Under the pieces are notes generated by a model, which had not been told where the DNA came from, ran no database searches, and saw only the letters and a list, made by a program, of their open reading frames with translations. Positions 11,616 to 23,820 of a stretch of DNA of 64,000 bases are shown one piece after another. Source of the DNA: Marsupella aquatica (taxonomy: Eukaryota > Plantae > Marchantiophyta); assembly GCA_973895155.1 (NCBI GenBank), contig OZ316895.1, forward strand, positions 24,371,538-24,435,537, in the 5' to 3' direction. A program made the position numbers and the translations under genes. The stretch's first letter is position 1. Each line of letters starts with the position of its first letter.

Positions 11616-14313
11616 ACTATATCGAAAGTTATCAACCATCCCCTCTATGACCAAATCCTGTAACGGTTTGAAGGTTCCTCCTGTTGCAACATCAAAATTA
11701 GATCTGAGAGCCTTCTATACTATGAGGAAAGTCTGGCACTCCTATATATTTGACACAGAATAACCTAATTGCCACACTGGGGACTAGCTGGGCTTTTAAT
11801 TGGACTCTCTGTACCTTTTGGCACCTTTGGCCATTTGAGGACCACTTATCTTGGTTGTTCACTCAGCTGTCCATCGAGTGTCCATAGAGCATGAGACAGA
11901 CAAATGCTGATTGTACATAGAACCATGGTAAGGTTGGGCAGAACAGTTATATTCCGCGTATATCTGTAAAGAATAATCTTGAGCATCTTGCACGGAGCTT
12001 GCACTATCTTGCACAATATGGGAAAGACAGAAAGCCTTATGCAAGATCAAGAGAAAAGGTAGCCCAGCATTGTGTGAAAGTGAAGGTAGCAGTTGATTGG
12101 ATTGGATTCAAACTTCAAGCTGCACAATTGGCACTAAGAGAAAACTCTCAATTTATATTTTTTCTGCCTAAAAAACAAAAGAGCAATTGATTCCATGAAG
12201 TAGCACCCTTACTTTTTATTTTTGGATTTGTAGAACTAGAACCTACCTGGTACCAAGCGCTTGTGATGCACACAACATGGCCGGGTTGAACATGGATTGA
12301 ACTGGGCCAGCTAGAGCATAATCCATTAGCCATAGACATAGAGGCATCAGGGAGATTTGAGTATCAAAGACTAGTTGTTGTTTTTTTGTCTTTGGTCTTG
12401 AAAATCTTAGAGATATTCACAGCATTTAGATGTAAACATTGATTTATCAGTATTGACACTATTTTTAAAGTGATATTGCTACATGCTGTAGTGCCATCCT
12501 GGTTTTAAATGCAATGCCAAAATATTTTCCTGCTATTGTTTTGGTATTTTTAAAACTAATGTAACACTGAAAAGTCAGTGTTTACATCAAAGTTCTTTGT
12601 AGGTTTCACAGGTGGCACCATAAAAGTTTTGTCACAGATCCAGAATTTTAATAACTATATGTTTATGCACTGACCTTGATGGCACTAGGATGAAAGTGAA
12701 GCCCGGATGGACCACCATGTTGGTCCCAACGTGGACCATATTTTGGTGGTCCTTTGAGTTTTGGGCTTATGATTTGATGATTATGAGATTTAGAATGATT
12801 TTTTTAGTTTTTCACCGGCAAGGCAGAAAAAGGAGGAGAAGGAGGAGACACAAAAATGGGCACAAAAATACACAAGCCATAATACTTCATATTAATACAA
12901 TGAAAATTAATCTAACAGAATTTACCATTCCATGATGAATAATTCAACCAAAATGACCAAAAAATCACAGTCATTTTGTTGGAAGTGTAGCTTACCTACT
13001 CCGGCCCTCTAATGCATACTCAAAACTACAAAATATTTGAATGTATGAACATCAAATGTGGGAAATTGTGGTCCATGGGGGTTCCAAAGACCAACCATGG
13101 GAACATCAATTTTGCACTTGGATACACCTAATGCAGATTTAACAAGATCAGCAAGTTGTTGCTTGTACAGAAAGTATACCATAAAGTGGACAAATATAGG
13201 AGGCCATGATCAACAGTCTTCATGGGTTGTCCATCCATCCATGCCCACATGGGAAGCCGTTGCACCCTCTAGGAACTCAGGGAGGCCCAGTTCACACCCC
13301 AACTTTTTCTTCTCCCTACCTTTTCTTTACCAGACTTTTTAGTTTGCTGCTCAGTAGGGCTTTAGTTCTTTTGCATAGTAGGGCACTCTCAAGCTTTTTG
13401 GCTCTTTAGTCTTCCTGGGTTTTCTGGCCTTTACTGGGTCTAGTGCTTTTGGAATCCCCTCTCCAAGTTTGACACCTGTTGTATTTTTGGCAGCTTGATA
13501 TATAATTTTTTGTAGTCTAAAGTAGATGACACCAGAATCTCCTGAAAACCAATGTACCTCCCGCCTTCACACCAAAACACAATTTTAGAAACTGTCACTT
13601 AGTAGGAAAAATGATCAATCTACAAAAAAGGACCAAAACAAAGTACAAAGGCGAAAAGAGAAATGAGAAATATGTCTAGAGTGGACAAACACCAACTTCG
13701 AAAGAAGATGGCAAATGCAAACCTCGAAAAAGGAAACGATCACTTGTAGTGGATCCTTTAGTTTTGACGTGGGTCCCATAAGAAAGCTAAGCTAACTTTA
13801 AGGAAAACGGAGAAAATTGTTGGGATGGTTTTGTTGGCTGTAGGATTTCTCTGTGTTGCAGGACCATTCAAATCATAGGCTGGGACTTCAGCGGGAGTCT
13901 CCAGTTCACCTTTCCTTTCCATGAGAAATTGACCTAACTCTCATCAGTAGCACTAAAGTTTCTAATTGAGGAAGGAACGAAAGAAAAGGTCTGTACTTGC
14001 AAAGATTGCAGAGTGGAATAAGGTCTCTACTGCAGTTTCATTTGCCCGACGTAGCGTAGTTCCAACTGCGTTTCTGGTGTAGTTATATGGTCGATACCAA
14101 CAAAACAAATTCCATTGGACATAGAGGAAGCCGCTTCTAATGAGCCCAAGAAACGCCGATTGCATGGCATATCAAGGGAGAAGTCCATTCCAACGGGAAT
14201 TCCTTACCCTTCAACTTGTTGGATTTCAAACAGCAATACCAGCTCGAATTGTGTTTCCCCTAAAGCAAAGCAGGGGTTTTTCGTCTGTGAGAGAAATCTT
14301 TAATGGACATGGA

Positions 14314-14556
14314 CTTCTCTCTCATTGCACCAGATCCACACACCCTCACCTCTGGTCTTGCGCTTATAGTTCCAGTGAAACACGGAGAACTACTAGAAAC
14401 GTTGACCAAGATGCTTAATTGATTCCATCAGACACTTCTCACTCATTGCAACAGATCCACACACCCTCACCTCTGGTCTTGCGCTTACAGTTCCAGTGAA
14501 ACACGGAGAACTACTAGAAACGTTGGCCAAGATGCTTAATTTGATTCCATCAGACA
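14314..14556. repeat. ~120-bp near-identical tandem duplication
   Basis: CTCATTGCA(C/A)CAGATCCACACACCCTCACCTCTGG...GATTCCATCAGACA occurs twice back to back. Confidence 0.9.
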
Positions 14557-15499
14557 AACCTCACTTTCTCTCAGAGGCAGTGAGAGAAGTCCAGTACACC
14601 ACAATAGAAGTCGGTACTTGGGATTAGTTGGAAGAAAGAATAGTATGCATTTAGTAGTGGACGGAGCTGATTGATTACAGTTTCTTAATGTATTTTGGCC
14701 TTCGTTGTGAGTTTGCCTGCCGACTTTTAACAGAGAGCGCGTGTATTTCTTTGGGAATTTCGGATTTTGTGATTACTTCTCTCATTCGATCTTCGAAGGC
14801 ATGATCTGTACAAGATGCTGTGGTTCGGGCCGGGGAAGCAAGCTTTCAGCGCCAGGTGTGCGTCTACTGCAGCGCAAAAGTAAGACAATTGTTCTCCTTT
14901 TGCCTCGAGTGGGTGGGTTGAAAAGTTTAGGTTCTTTGCCCCTCTCAGGATCTCATACCCTCCGAGCTCCTCTCCATTTGTGCGCTCGTCAAACATTTTA
15001 GACCTACACACGCTGTTCGCAAGTTGTCCAGAATTTTTTAAATACCGTTGTATACGAATTAAATGAAAGAATTAACACAGTTGTTTGACATTTCTGATTC
15101 CAAATGTTAGAAGCCGACAATTTGAGCGAGGATTTAGATTCCTTGCACTGATAAGACCATCCAGTAAGTGACTCTACGATTTATCATTCGAGTAGGCAGG
15201 GGACAGGTCAGAATGGGGCTGCCCTTAGGCAAGCCAAATTCTCCTCACTGCTTTTCCTATGACAAACAACATCGAACTCCCAATTAGAAAAATGGAGTGA
15301 GCGTAGTCTAAATATGGGAAACCAACATGTTGGAAGAAGAGAAATGGATAATTGTGAATAAGATAGGGCTGAATTTCTTAGTCTTTTAAACTTCTCAATT
15401 CGCTGCATAAAAGTGGTTCACGGTTGTGCAGTCAGGGCCAAGAGCACACCTCAAACGGGGAGCATTGGAGATGTGAGTACGGATGTTGCAGGATGAAAG

Positions 15500-17750
15500 G
15501 TACCCAGAGCAGCCATTGTACGCAAAGTGCCCGAAACTTTCTGGTGTGTCTATGGGAGACCATCAGCACCGATTAGTGTAGAGCTTGCAAAACAGCAGCA
15601 TGCTGCCTACGTGAATGTTCTGAATGGTACGCTCTGCATCTGACTACAGAAACTGTGGTGATGTCTGTTCATTAGGTCTAGAGCATACTCGCAAGTCTGC
15701 ACGAAATACAAACTGTCTCTTTTGACCTTTCACATTACCAAGATTTTAAATCTCTTTGCAACACAAAGAAGTAAGATAATTGACATCAAAGTGACTATGT
15801 TTTAGGATATGGCAGGGTTGATGCAGGAGGTCGTTGAACTCCCTCCGGACAATGCTTTCCCAGATTGTCCCTTTGTTGACGACACTGCGGTGGTTATTAG
15901 GTCAGCATTTTGAAAAAATTGAAGGGAGCAAGGGACAATCCTGTAAAATAACTGAGGCGATGAGAGCTCATTTGCTTTCATTATGAGAGCTCTTCGCCTG
16001 CCCGGGGTGTTTGTTGGTCTTTAGGTCTCCAATGTCACAGTTTCGGCTATCTGTTCTTATTTCACTATTAGTTCGTCCATATCAGCCACTGCTCTATATT
16101 AACAGACGTACACTAGTCTACATTTTGATATTCTGAAAAGGCTTTCAAGTCCGCCATGTTGCAGATTCTAAATCCGGCTGCCAACCTTACTGATTTGGGT
16201 TACTGTTTTTGTAATTCAAAAGTCACATGCTATATCACTGGTAGTGTTTTCAAAATGCTTCGAACTATGCCCTCTGAGATTTGCAAGATTTGACCGAAGT
16301 AGTGCCAATGACAACTAATCCCACATCTGCATTCCATCATGCCGAGCCCGATCAAGCACTTAATGTTGACGCAATCTTTCTCAATAGCGCTGCACCTGGT
16401 TATTCGTTATGTTAATCTAGTGGTAAGTGGGACAATTCTCAGTCGGTCATGTAAGTATGAGCCCTGTACATTGCATATTCCAGAGACTTCACGGTTAATC
16501 TGTTTTCTTTGTGCTCCGCATTGCAGTTGATTGATGGAATTGATTGGATACAGGGTGCACCTTCCAGGAGAGGAGAAGTAGCTGTTGTTAGAGGCGCTCT
16601 TAGAAGTCTTGGCGTTCAACAAGCTGATGTCCAATTTTCTTCGTTAATTGATGGCGGAGATGTTCTCTTCGCTGGAGGCATGCTATTCGTTGGCTAAGGC
16701 AGGTCGTTATTTCTAGACATCTTTGTCCAGAAATTGTAATTGCCAGGTTGCTTTAGAGCTGGTTCGTTCATGTCTGTGGAGTTTCTACAAGTCTTAACTA
16801 AGCATATTGTATCGGTCTGGATAATTATGAGATACATGGCTCACAAAAGAATTTTGTTTATTTCTTCACCCAGGAGAACAAATGAATATGGAATGAAGGC
16901 GCTAGCTGAAACATTTGAAGGGATACCCGTAGTACCCATTGAAGTTCCTCAAAGCTTACATCTGAAGAAAGGTATGTTCTTCCACTTAGCCGGGCAAATA
17001 CTTTTTCTTGTTTCCTGAATGAAACAGGCTGGCCCGTGCTGGTGCATCTGCGGTATTCTGCGTCATGCCATGAAACCCTTGCACCACTGCAAGACTCGTG
17101 ATGTGGCTTGCTCGTACTGCCTCCCGACGTCCAAGTTTGTAATTAAGAGTTTCACAACTCTACATAGGAGATGAGAAGGATACTCTATGTACATTTCTCA
17201 TGTTTAGGATCTCCATCCCAAAGTCAATCAGGTTGAAGTGATTGGATTAATCCCGAGATCTCTGAATTGACTCACTAAAGACACCAGTATGGTTTATTTC
17301 CCAGTGCATCTTAAACAACCTGTTCCATCTTTCAACGCGTTTAGCTTTGGGTTCCTTAGTGGGAACGTCTTCTTAACATTCAGCCTGCGCGATGGTACTG
17401 TCGGGTGGATAAGACCGCGTTAAGCCTGCAAGTAAGAGTCTAACAAGTGGCTTGGTTGGGTTGACCAGTTCTTTCATCTGTTGGCCTCAATCTACTTGCC
17501 TGCGAAGATACAACTGAAGCGAAAGGTATATATGTAGCCATTCAAACTGTGGCCCCATATTCAAGTCCATCATTGTATCACCAGCAGGAGCTGCCAACAC
17601 ACTGCTAGTCGGAAACACTGTCGTGTATCCCAGCGGATATGGCAAGTCTTTTGAAATTTACATATGATACGGGTGCAAGTAAAGTAGTACCAGTTAATAT
17701 TCGGAGTTTCATAAAGCTGACGGTGGACTTACATTCCTGTCTATATTTGT
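15500..17750 (+). pseudogene. dimethylarginine dimethylaminohydrolase (DDAH)/amidinotransferase-like gene, spliced, apparently disrupted
   Basis: Exon peptides AIVRKVPETF..ISVELAKQQHAAYV (~15505-15627), VVELPPDNAFPDCPFVDDTAVV (~15816-15900), GAPSRRGEV..IDGGDVL (~16554-16700), RTNEYG..LHLK (~16875-16971), AANTL and SEFHKADGGLTFLS (~17470-17745); in-frame TAA at 16695-16697 and frameshifts in the last exon. Confidence 0.8.
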
Positions 17751-20700
17751 ATCTTGAAATTTTATCACATCACCATCGGGTTGTCTTTGTTGAGAGGTGT
17801 ATTGTGAGGTATTGTAAAATATTTGACTGATTAAACAACCACTCAAGCTCCTGATCGAAGAACGTCGGATCAGTTCTTTCTGTGTTGTTTATTCTTTCCC
17901 AGTATTATTTGGTGTTTGTTGTTTGCGGATCGGTGGAGTGCTGCAATGCCCGTGTTCTTCACAGAACCTGATTATGATAAGAGAGGACATATGTCACACT
18001 GATTGCTGTTAGAAGGACAGCAATCAGTTGTCAAAGCAGTTCATTCTGGATCAAAGGCGTGAGTGAATACCGAAGCTCAAAAGCAATAAAAAGATTGAAG
18101 ATAATAACGATCAAAACTTTTGATGCGACAAATGCTCAAGGACAATAAAATAATTTTGAGGACAACTCAAACTCTAGAGGAACAAAGCAATTGACGATAC
18201 CAGAGTTTCTTCTAAACTTAGAAGAAAAATACTCGACTAGACACACGTAAGATAGCAAGCAAAGGGTGAGGACTTGGCTGCTCGTTACCCAGTTGTTTTC
18301 TTCCGTCTTTGAGAAAAGGAAACAGTCGTTGAAAAGACAGATAGCAAGCACAGAGTCTTGCGTTATTAGTAGAGCAGTTGAAGACCCCTACAGAACCATC
18401 AATTTATCCAGCGTACCACCCACACAGGCAGAAAGGTAAGTTAGAGAGGAAAGCAGAAAATCACTTCCGATAAACACAAAACGTCTACTTTTGTAGCTCC
18501 TGGACCTGACTTGTCATCCGCGCGTGTGGATGTATTTTTGGCATGAACACCAGCAACGTAGCACCTGTTTGGTATTTCCCACAATAGCCTCAAATCGAGC
18601 GTTGGTGTATTTTTCGACCATTCTGGTTGCAAAGGACTATAGTACTTAGCTTGGATCTTGCACAGGTTAGCAGGAGCCATTGATTCTCTTAACTAGACCC
18701 ATAATTGATGGTTCACTGTACTACCTCTTTATTTGCTTTGTGCTTGCACTGCTTGTGAGTTTTACAAAAACTACTTTCAAGGGAGGAAAAGTTGATTCAG
18801 GACAGCCAGTTTCAGATGTTTGAAACTTTTCGGCAGGAGCATTGCCGTCAACAACTCGAAATCCCTTCGCAATTCGTTGTTGGCTCCTACGATATGCTCG
18901 CCCCAGTAGACGCCCAAACTGTAGACTGAGAATTGAGATTTCTACTGCGGAGTCGACGAGTCGTCGAATGTGAGCACAGCATATCGCTGTTCATGACGTC
19001 TTGTGGATTTTCTTTGCTTCTAATGACGTCAAATGCGCACTGTCGTCAAAACGTCATGCAATCCCTTCGCAATTCGTTAGCTCCTTAAGGCAAAGTTGTA
19101 GAGAATTGTTACTTGGGAGTCGAGTAATTTGGAGACAACGAGATGGCGGATTATGTGGGCGGAGCATGTCTGTCCATAATCAGTCTCTTGTGGATTTCCA
19201 ATGCATATATGTGCGTCTAGCCTCGTCACAATTTCCTCAGATCTGGCCCAAGCGCTCACTTCTCGTCCTCGTCCTCGTCCTCGTCCAGGGTTTCTTTCGA
19301 TATTTCCGTCCAATTTTGTAGATTCTCCTATGTCGAGGCTCAGCAAAGCAAGCGAAGTTCAGCGTCTGTCCGTCCCTTCCTCCCTACCTCCCTCCCTCCC
19401 TCCTGGCCCTGTCCCCCTAAAGTCTCCCAAGCTCTCTATTAAATACTCTTGTGTCAATTGTTTCGCCACCGGGTATGACTGCAAGTGTGCCGGAAGTTGA
19501 GTTGTTGCCGGTTTGAGAAAAATTATCCGCGACCCCACCCCCCTCGCTTTTGTTTTGAGGAATGGGTCAACACATAAATAGGCTACACAGGGGGGAACGT
19601 ATGATGGCGCATTGCAAAATGACAGTTTGTTAACTGCGAGGCAATCCTTTTTTTGTTAGTATTCTTTAAGCTTGTTTGCTACTCACTTACAGGGCTCACA
19701 CTTGTACTTCAACACCGTGCTAGTTGTTTCCTAGCAAGAAAATTTCTAAACTGCAGCTGTCAAGCTCGGCGTCTTCAATTGAGTCGACTTGTTACCTAGC
19801 ATTGACATTTCTGAACTTTCGGCTGAGCTGTCAAGTTCATCTTTTTCACTTAGGAGTCTTCCGCAAAATTCACAACTGTTCACTGCTGCCAGCAATAAGT
19901 CTGGCTCAGAGGTTATGAGAAAAGCACTGCTACGTGTCACTAGAAAAGAAACTTGTGAGCTTCTTGCAACCGCGCACACAGATCTCCTTCATTTGAATCT
20001 TCTTCGACCCTCCCCGTTTGTTCATTGTGCTCAGCCATAATCCTGGCGAGTCTGGATCAGAGGTTCACTATTCTCAGCCATAATCTTGGCGAGTCTGGCT
20101 CGGTTATGAGACTTATCGACCGTGAACGAGCTCAAGACGTAATACGATTTCGGGCACCCTCTGACCAGCCTAGCTGGTGCTTTGTGATGGTAAAAAACAC
20201 TCAAGATTTCCATGACCTCCTCTGGGCTAGGGCTGTAATGCGTTAAAGGGTTACAGTGTATGGGTTTTAATACAATTACAAATAAATTCCCTCCGGTAAA
20301 GACCGACAACCAGACTACTAAATGCTAATCGAAAGAGAAAATCTGCCAATGGCCCTTTTCATTCCATTGACCAAGGCGTCATTAAAAACAAAGCATATCA
20401 ATGCTGGGACTTCATCTACGGCTAGTCGGGTCATAAACTAAAGTCTCACAGTAAAACTCACTCTCCTCGCAAGGATCAGACTGCCACTAAAACGGGAATT
20501 TGATGCAACTACAGGAGTCGTCATTCCATCAATTGATTAAATCTGACGAGCAAGGAAACCGATTAACTTGCATGTTCACGAAACTAACTCCTAGGAAGAC
20601 ACGGTGAGAGAAAATTAGTAGAGCAAGGAAACCAATTAACTTCCATGTTCGCAGAAGTAACACATAGGAGGAGACGGTGAGAGAAAACCAGATAGCTGCT

Positions 20701-21618
20701 GATTGAAACACAGAATGAGGAAAGAGCAAAACAGACATTAAGAAGCCAGTGAATCATTTGAAAACTTACGTAACGGTTCGTCAGCCTGGACCCCTCCTGC
20801 ACAGAGCTATTTAGTCTAAGGCTTGACTAATTTTTCAATTACGTACCATCAATCAGAGAATTCGCAAATCCAAACGGATATATACATCAAGTAGACGGAG
20901 ATTCCTCTCTTTTAATGAAACTAAGCTGTTTCACAAAAAACAATCACTGACGTCAATGAAATATGGTTCCCCTAGACGAATGGAGAGAAACACTTCCTAC
21001 CTTGTTATTCAAAGCAGCTGCGAAAATGGTCACGTATACAGAGTGCGGAATAATAAAAGAACTTGCAACGGGTCAAGGTAGCAAAGATTCTGGTTCAAGT
21101 GAAAGCATGATCGCTGAGCTTGGGCGATCGTTAAATTAAAGGTGGATCAATGCAATCTAGTATACAGGGCACGGTTCTCAAATTTCTCTCCACAGTCGAG
21201 AGCAGCCAAGTAAGGTGGGCAATCGTTGGGGAGAACTTATGCTTCTCCGGTGAAAAGCAATCAAGGAACAATGCATGAACGAGACTTTGAGAAACTCATG
21301 GGAGAAACCAATCAGAGGGGAACTACCTGGACCTACCCGAGCCCCGACGGCAACCATCGAAAAGCCGTTGCAGCTTTTGAAGGGTTAGAAACAATCCAGG
21401 TGGAGAATGCTTCAACCAAGTCGGTCCAAGCGCTCACTTCTCTTCCCACTCTAGACACGCTTTGCACATTTCTGCCGGCCTGCCAAGGGGCGGCAGGCTT
21501 TCTCACTCCTGTCGTCAGCTCTTGAAGTGAACATGCGTTGAATACTCATCCTTGCAAAACACTGGAGGAGCGTGTTTTTCACGGAAATTTCGGTTCATAT
21601 AGTGGACCTACCTACAAG

Positions 21619-23820
21619 CTAGTGAAGACCTTCAGAACCCGAGTTTCCGCCACTGGTACTGTGAAAGAAAATGCTATTTAGCCCTGAAATGAGACTAGTC
21701 GATGGAAAAGAATCTGAGGAGCTCGAATTGTCCGGGGCAAGAGTACTTCCATCCTTGGACAAGCTTATTCCACTACCTCCGGGATTAGGACCCCGGTTGT
21801 TCAAGCCCTGCAACCCATTTCTGCCTAGTCCCATTCCACTCCCACCGCCCAGTCCCATACCATTCCCAGCATTCATATTCCCTCCACCCGAGAGTTCATA
21901 TCCCGAGGTATCATTACCCGGACTGGATATCGATGAAGGGCCTGGGCCTACACCCATCTCAGACACATCCAGCGCCCCAGAGCCATCCCCATCGTTGAAC
22001 GGCATGGCCGGCGTGTGCCCTGCAAACAAACCAATGTGTCCGAACAGCTTGTCTTTCCTCGAGAAAGTTGTTCCGCAGGAACATTGCCACTTATCACACC
22101 CACAATGCTTCTCGTGGGTCTTCAGATCGGCCACAACCGAGAACTTTTTGGTCTTGCACTTGTTGCACGTCAAGATCTTGGGACAATGGCTTCTCCTGTA
22201 ATGATTCTTAACGCACAACATCGTCTTCAACGGCTGGAACTTGCGATGCTTCTTGTTGCGCTTGCAACCCACGTACGGGCACGAGAAGCGTCTCGGTCTG
22301 ATGACGGTCATGTCATGGGGCTTGTCTGGCCTCGCCAAGGCTGCCGGGGTCTTGTATTCGTCCCCATGGCCTCTCATATGCATTCGCAGGTTGGCATCCC
22401 GCTTGAATCCTTTCGTACAAATCTCACAGAAATGAGTGTGCTCGGCGAGAATCTCAACGGCTTCCATCTCCACAAGGTCGTACGAACCAGGGACAAGGTT
22501 CTCAGCGTCGCCGTCATCGTCGTCATCACGAGTACCTCCAACATCATGATCGTCCACCGGCGAGGTCGTCATACCTCCAGAGTTGACCAATCTATTGTTG
22601 CTCATGTGTGACATGTCTCCTGCCATCCCAGTGACTGATCCGCCCCTGTTGATCTCATTTCCAATCTGGTTGCTACTCCGCGGCGAACCCTGCTTGGTAC
22701 GAACCACCATACCCGAGTTCATGTTAGTCACCACCGAAGCTCCATGGTTAGCAGTGACTTGCCCTCCTCCGAAATTTTGCGCTCCACCTGCCGGGGAAGA
22801 CTTCGGTTGGACACCGAGTCCTTGACCTAGTCCTTGACCTGCTCCTGCGTTCGAAGAGGAGTTATTGCCTGAGACACCTCCGTCGATCCCGGCAATCTGG
22901 TTTGCGAGACTGGTCGCCGTGGTGGTTCCCATTTCCACACTCACCCCATTGCCTCCCCCTTGAAGTTGAAGAGGAGGGAAATTGTTTCCCATGCCGCTAT
23001 TTCCTCCCGAATTGCTATTCCCCGGCGCAGACCCGTTCTGCTGAAAGAAATTGAAGGCAGGTGTGCCAGACGTCCCGAAGATCTGGCTTAGCTGATGAGG
23101 ATCTGAGAGAGGGGGCTGCGGTAAGCTCATGTTCTGCGGTTGTTGCTGTTGTGACTGCTGTTGTTGTGGCTGCTGCTGCTGTGGTTGCTGTTGCGGTTGC
23201 TGTTGCGGTTGCTGTTGCTCTGGCTGCTGCTGTTGCTGAGGGAACATGTTCGCAGCGACTTGAGCTATCTGAGAAATGGCCGCAGCAGCTTGTTGCTGGA
23301 CGGCCAAGTTGGGCGACTGCTGGCTCTGAGCCATGTAAGGAACTATAGCCTGGAGCCGAACGATGTTCTGCTGTATTGTATTGAGAGCATTCATGATATA
23401 TTCCGAGGAAACACCACCAGACGGTGGCGCCATCGCTAGAGACGCCTGCTGCTGCTGCAGCAATTGCTGGCTCATGTACCACTGGTTCTGATTAAAGTTC
23501 TGCCCGGCTGCAACGAGCGAGTTCACATTTTGCAAGTTCGAAAATCCTGCTTCATCGCCTCCATTACTACCGTTCGTCTGGACCTTGGAGAAAGGCTGCG
23601 AAAGTGCTGGGGCAGCGAGGGAAAAGTTGATGTTTGCAGGGTTCGAATTATGTTGATTGTTTTGGTGGTGCTGTTGCTGCTGGGCCGAACCGAAACTGTT
23701 GAGCTGATGGCCCAGAAGAGAGAAATTTGGCATGTTGCCGTTGTTCCCGGCCGAAGCCCCTCCCCTCGGACTCGACGGGAGCCTCCCTTCGGTAGCCTGC
23801 CCTGCTCCTTGCTGCATCAT
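21619..23820 (-). CDS. STOP1: STOP1-like C2H2 zinc-finger transcription factor, 733 aa, intronless, with Q/N/G-rich low-complexity regions
   Basis: [93 protein letters not shown] and [28 protein letters not shown] match the STOP1/ART1 finger array. Confidence 0.93.
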   Translation of the reverse strand: MMQQGAGQATEGRLPSSPRGGASAGNNGNMPNFSLLGHQLNSFGSAQQQQHHQNNQHNSNPANINFSLAAPALSQPFSKVQTNGSNGGDEAGFSNLQNVNSLVAAGQNFNQNQWYMSQQLLQQQQASLAMAPPSGGVSSEYIMNALNTIQQNIVRLQAIVPYMAQSQQSPNLAVQQQAAAAISQIAQVAANMFPQQQQQPEQQQPQQQPQQQPQQQQPQQQQSQQQQPQNMSLPQPPLSDPHQLSQIFGTSGTPAFNFFQQNGSAPGNSNSGGNSGMGNNFPPLQLQGGGNGVSVEMGTTTATSLANQIAGIDGGVSGNNSSSNAGAGQGLGQGLGVQPKSSPAGGAQNFGGGQVTANHGASVVTNMNSGMVVRTKQGSPRSSNQIGNEINRGGSVTGMAGDMSHMSNNRLVNSGGMTTSPVDDHDVGGTRDDDDDGDAENLVPGSYDLVEMEAVEILAEHTHFCEICTKGFKRDANLRMHMRGHGDEYKTPAALARPDKPHDMTVIRPRRFSCPYVGCKRNKKHRKFQPLKTMLCVKNHYRRSHCPKILTCNKCKTKKFSVVADLKTHEKHCGCDKWQCSCGTTFSRKDKLFGHIGLFAGHTPAMPFNDGDGSGALDVSEMGVGPGPSSISSPGNDTSGYELSGGGNMNAGNGMGLGGGSGMGLGRNGLQGLNNRGPNPGGSGISLSKDGSTLAPDNSSSSDSFPSTSLISGLNSIFFHSTSGGNSGSEGLH

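Noticed and set aside
18441-20309. Cluster of 60-106 aa ORFs
   Set aside because: No homology recognisable by eye; consistent with chance ORFs or UTR sequence
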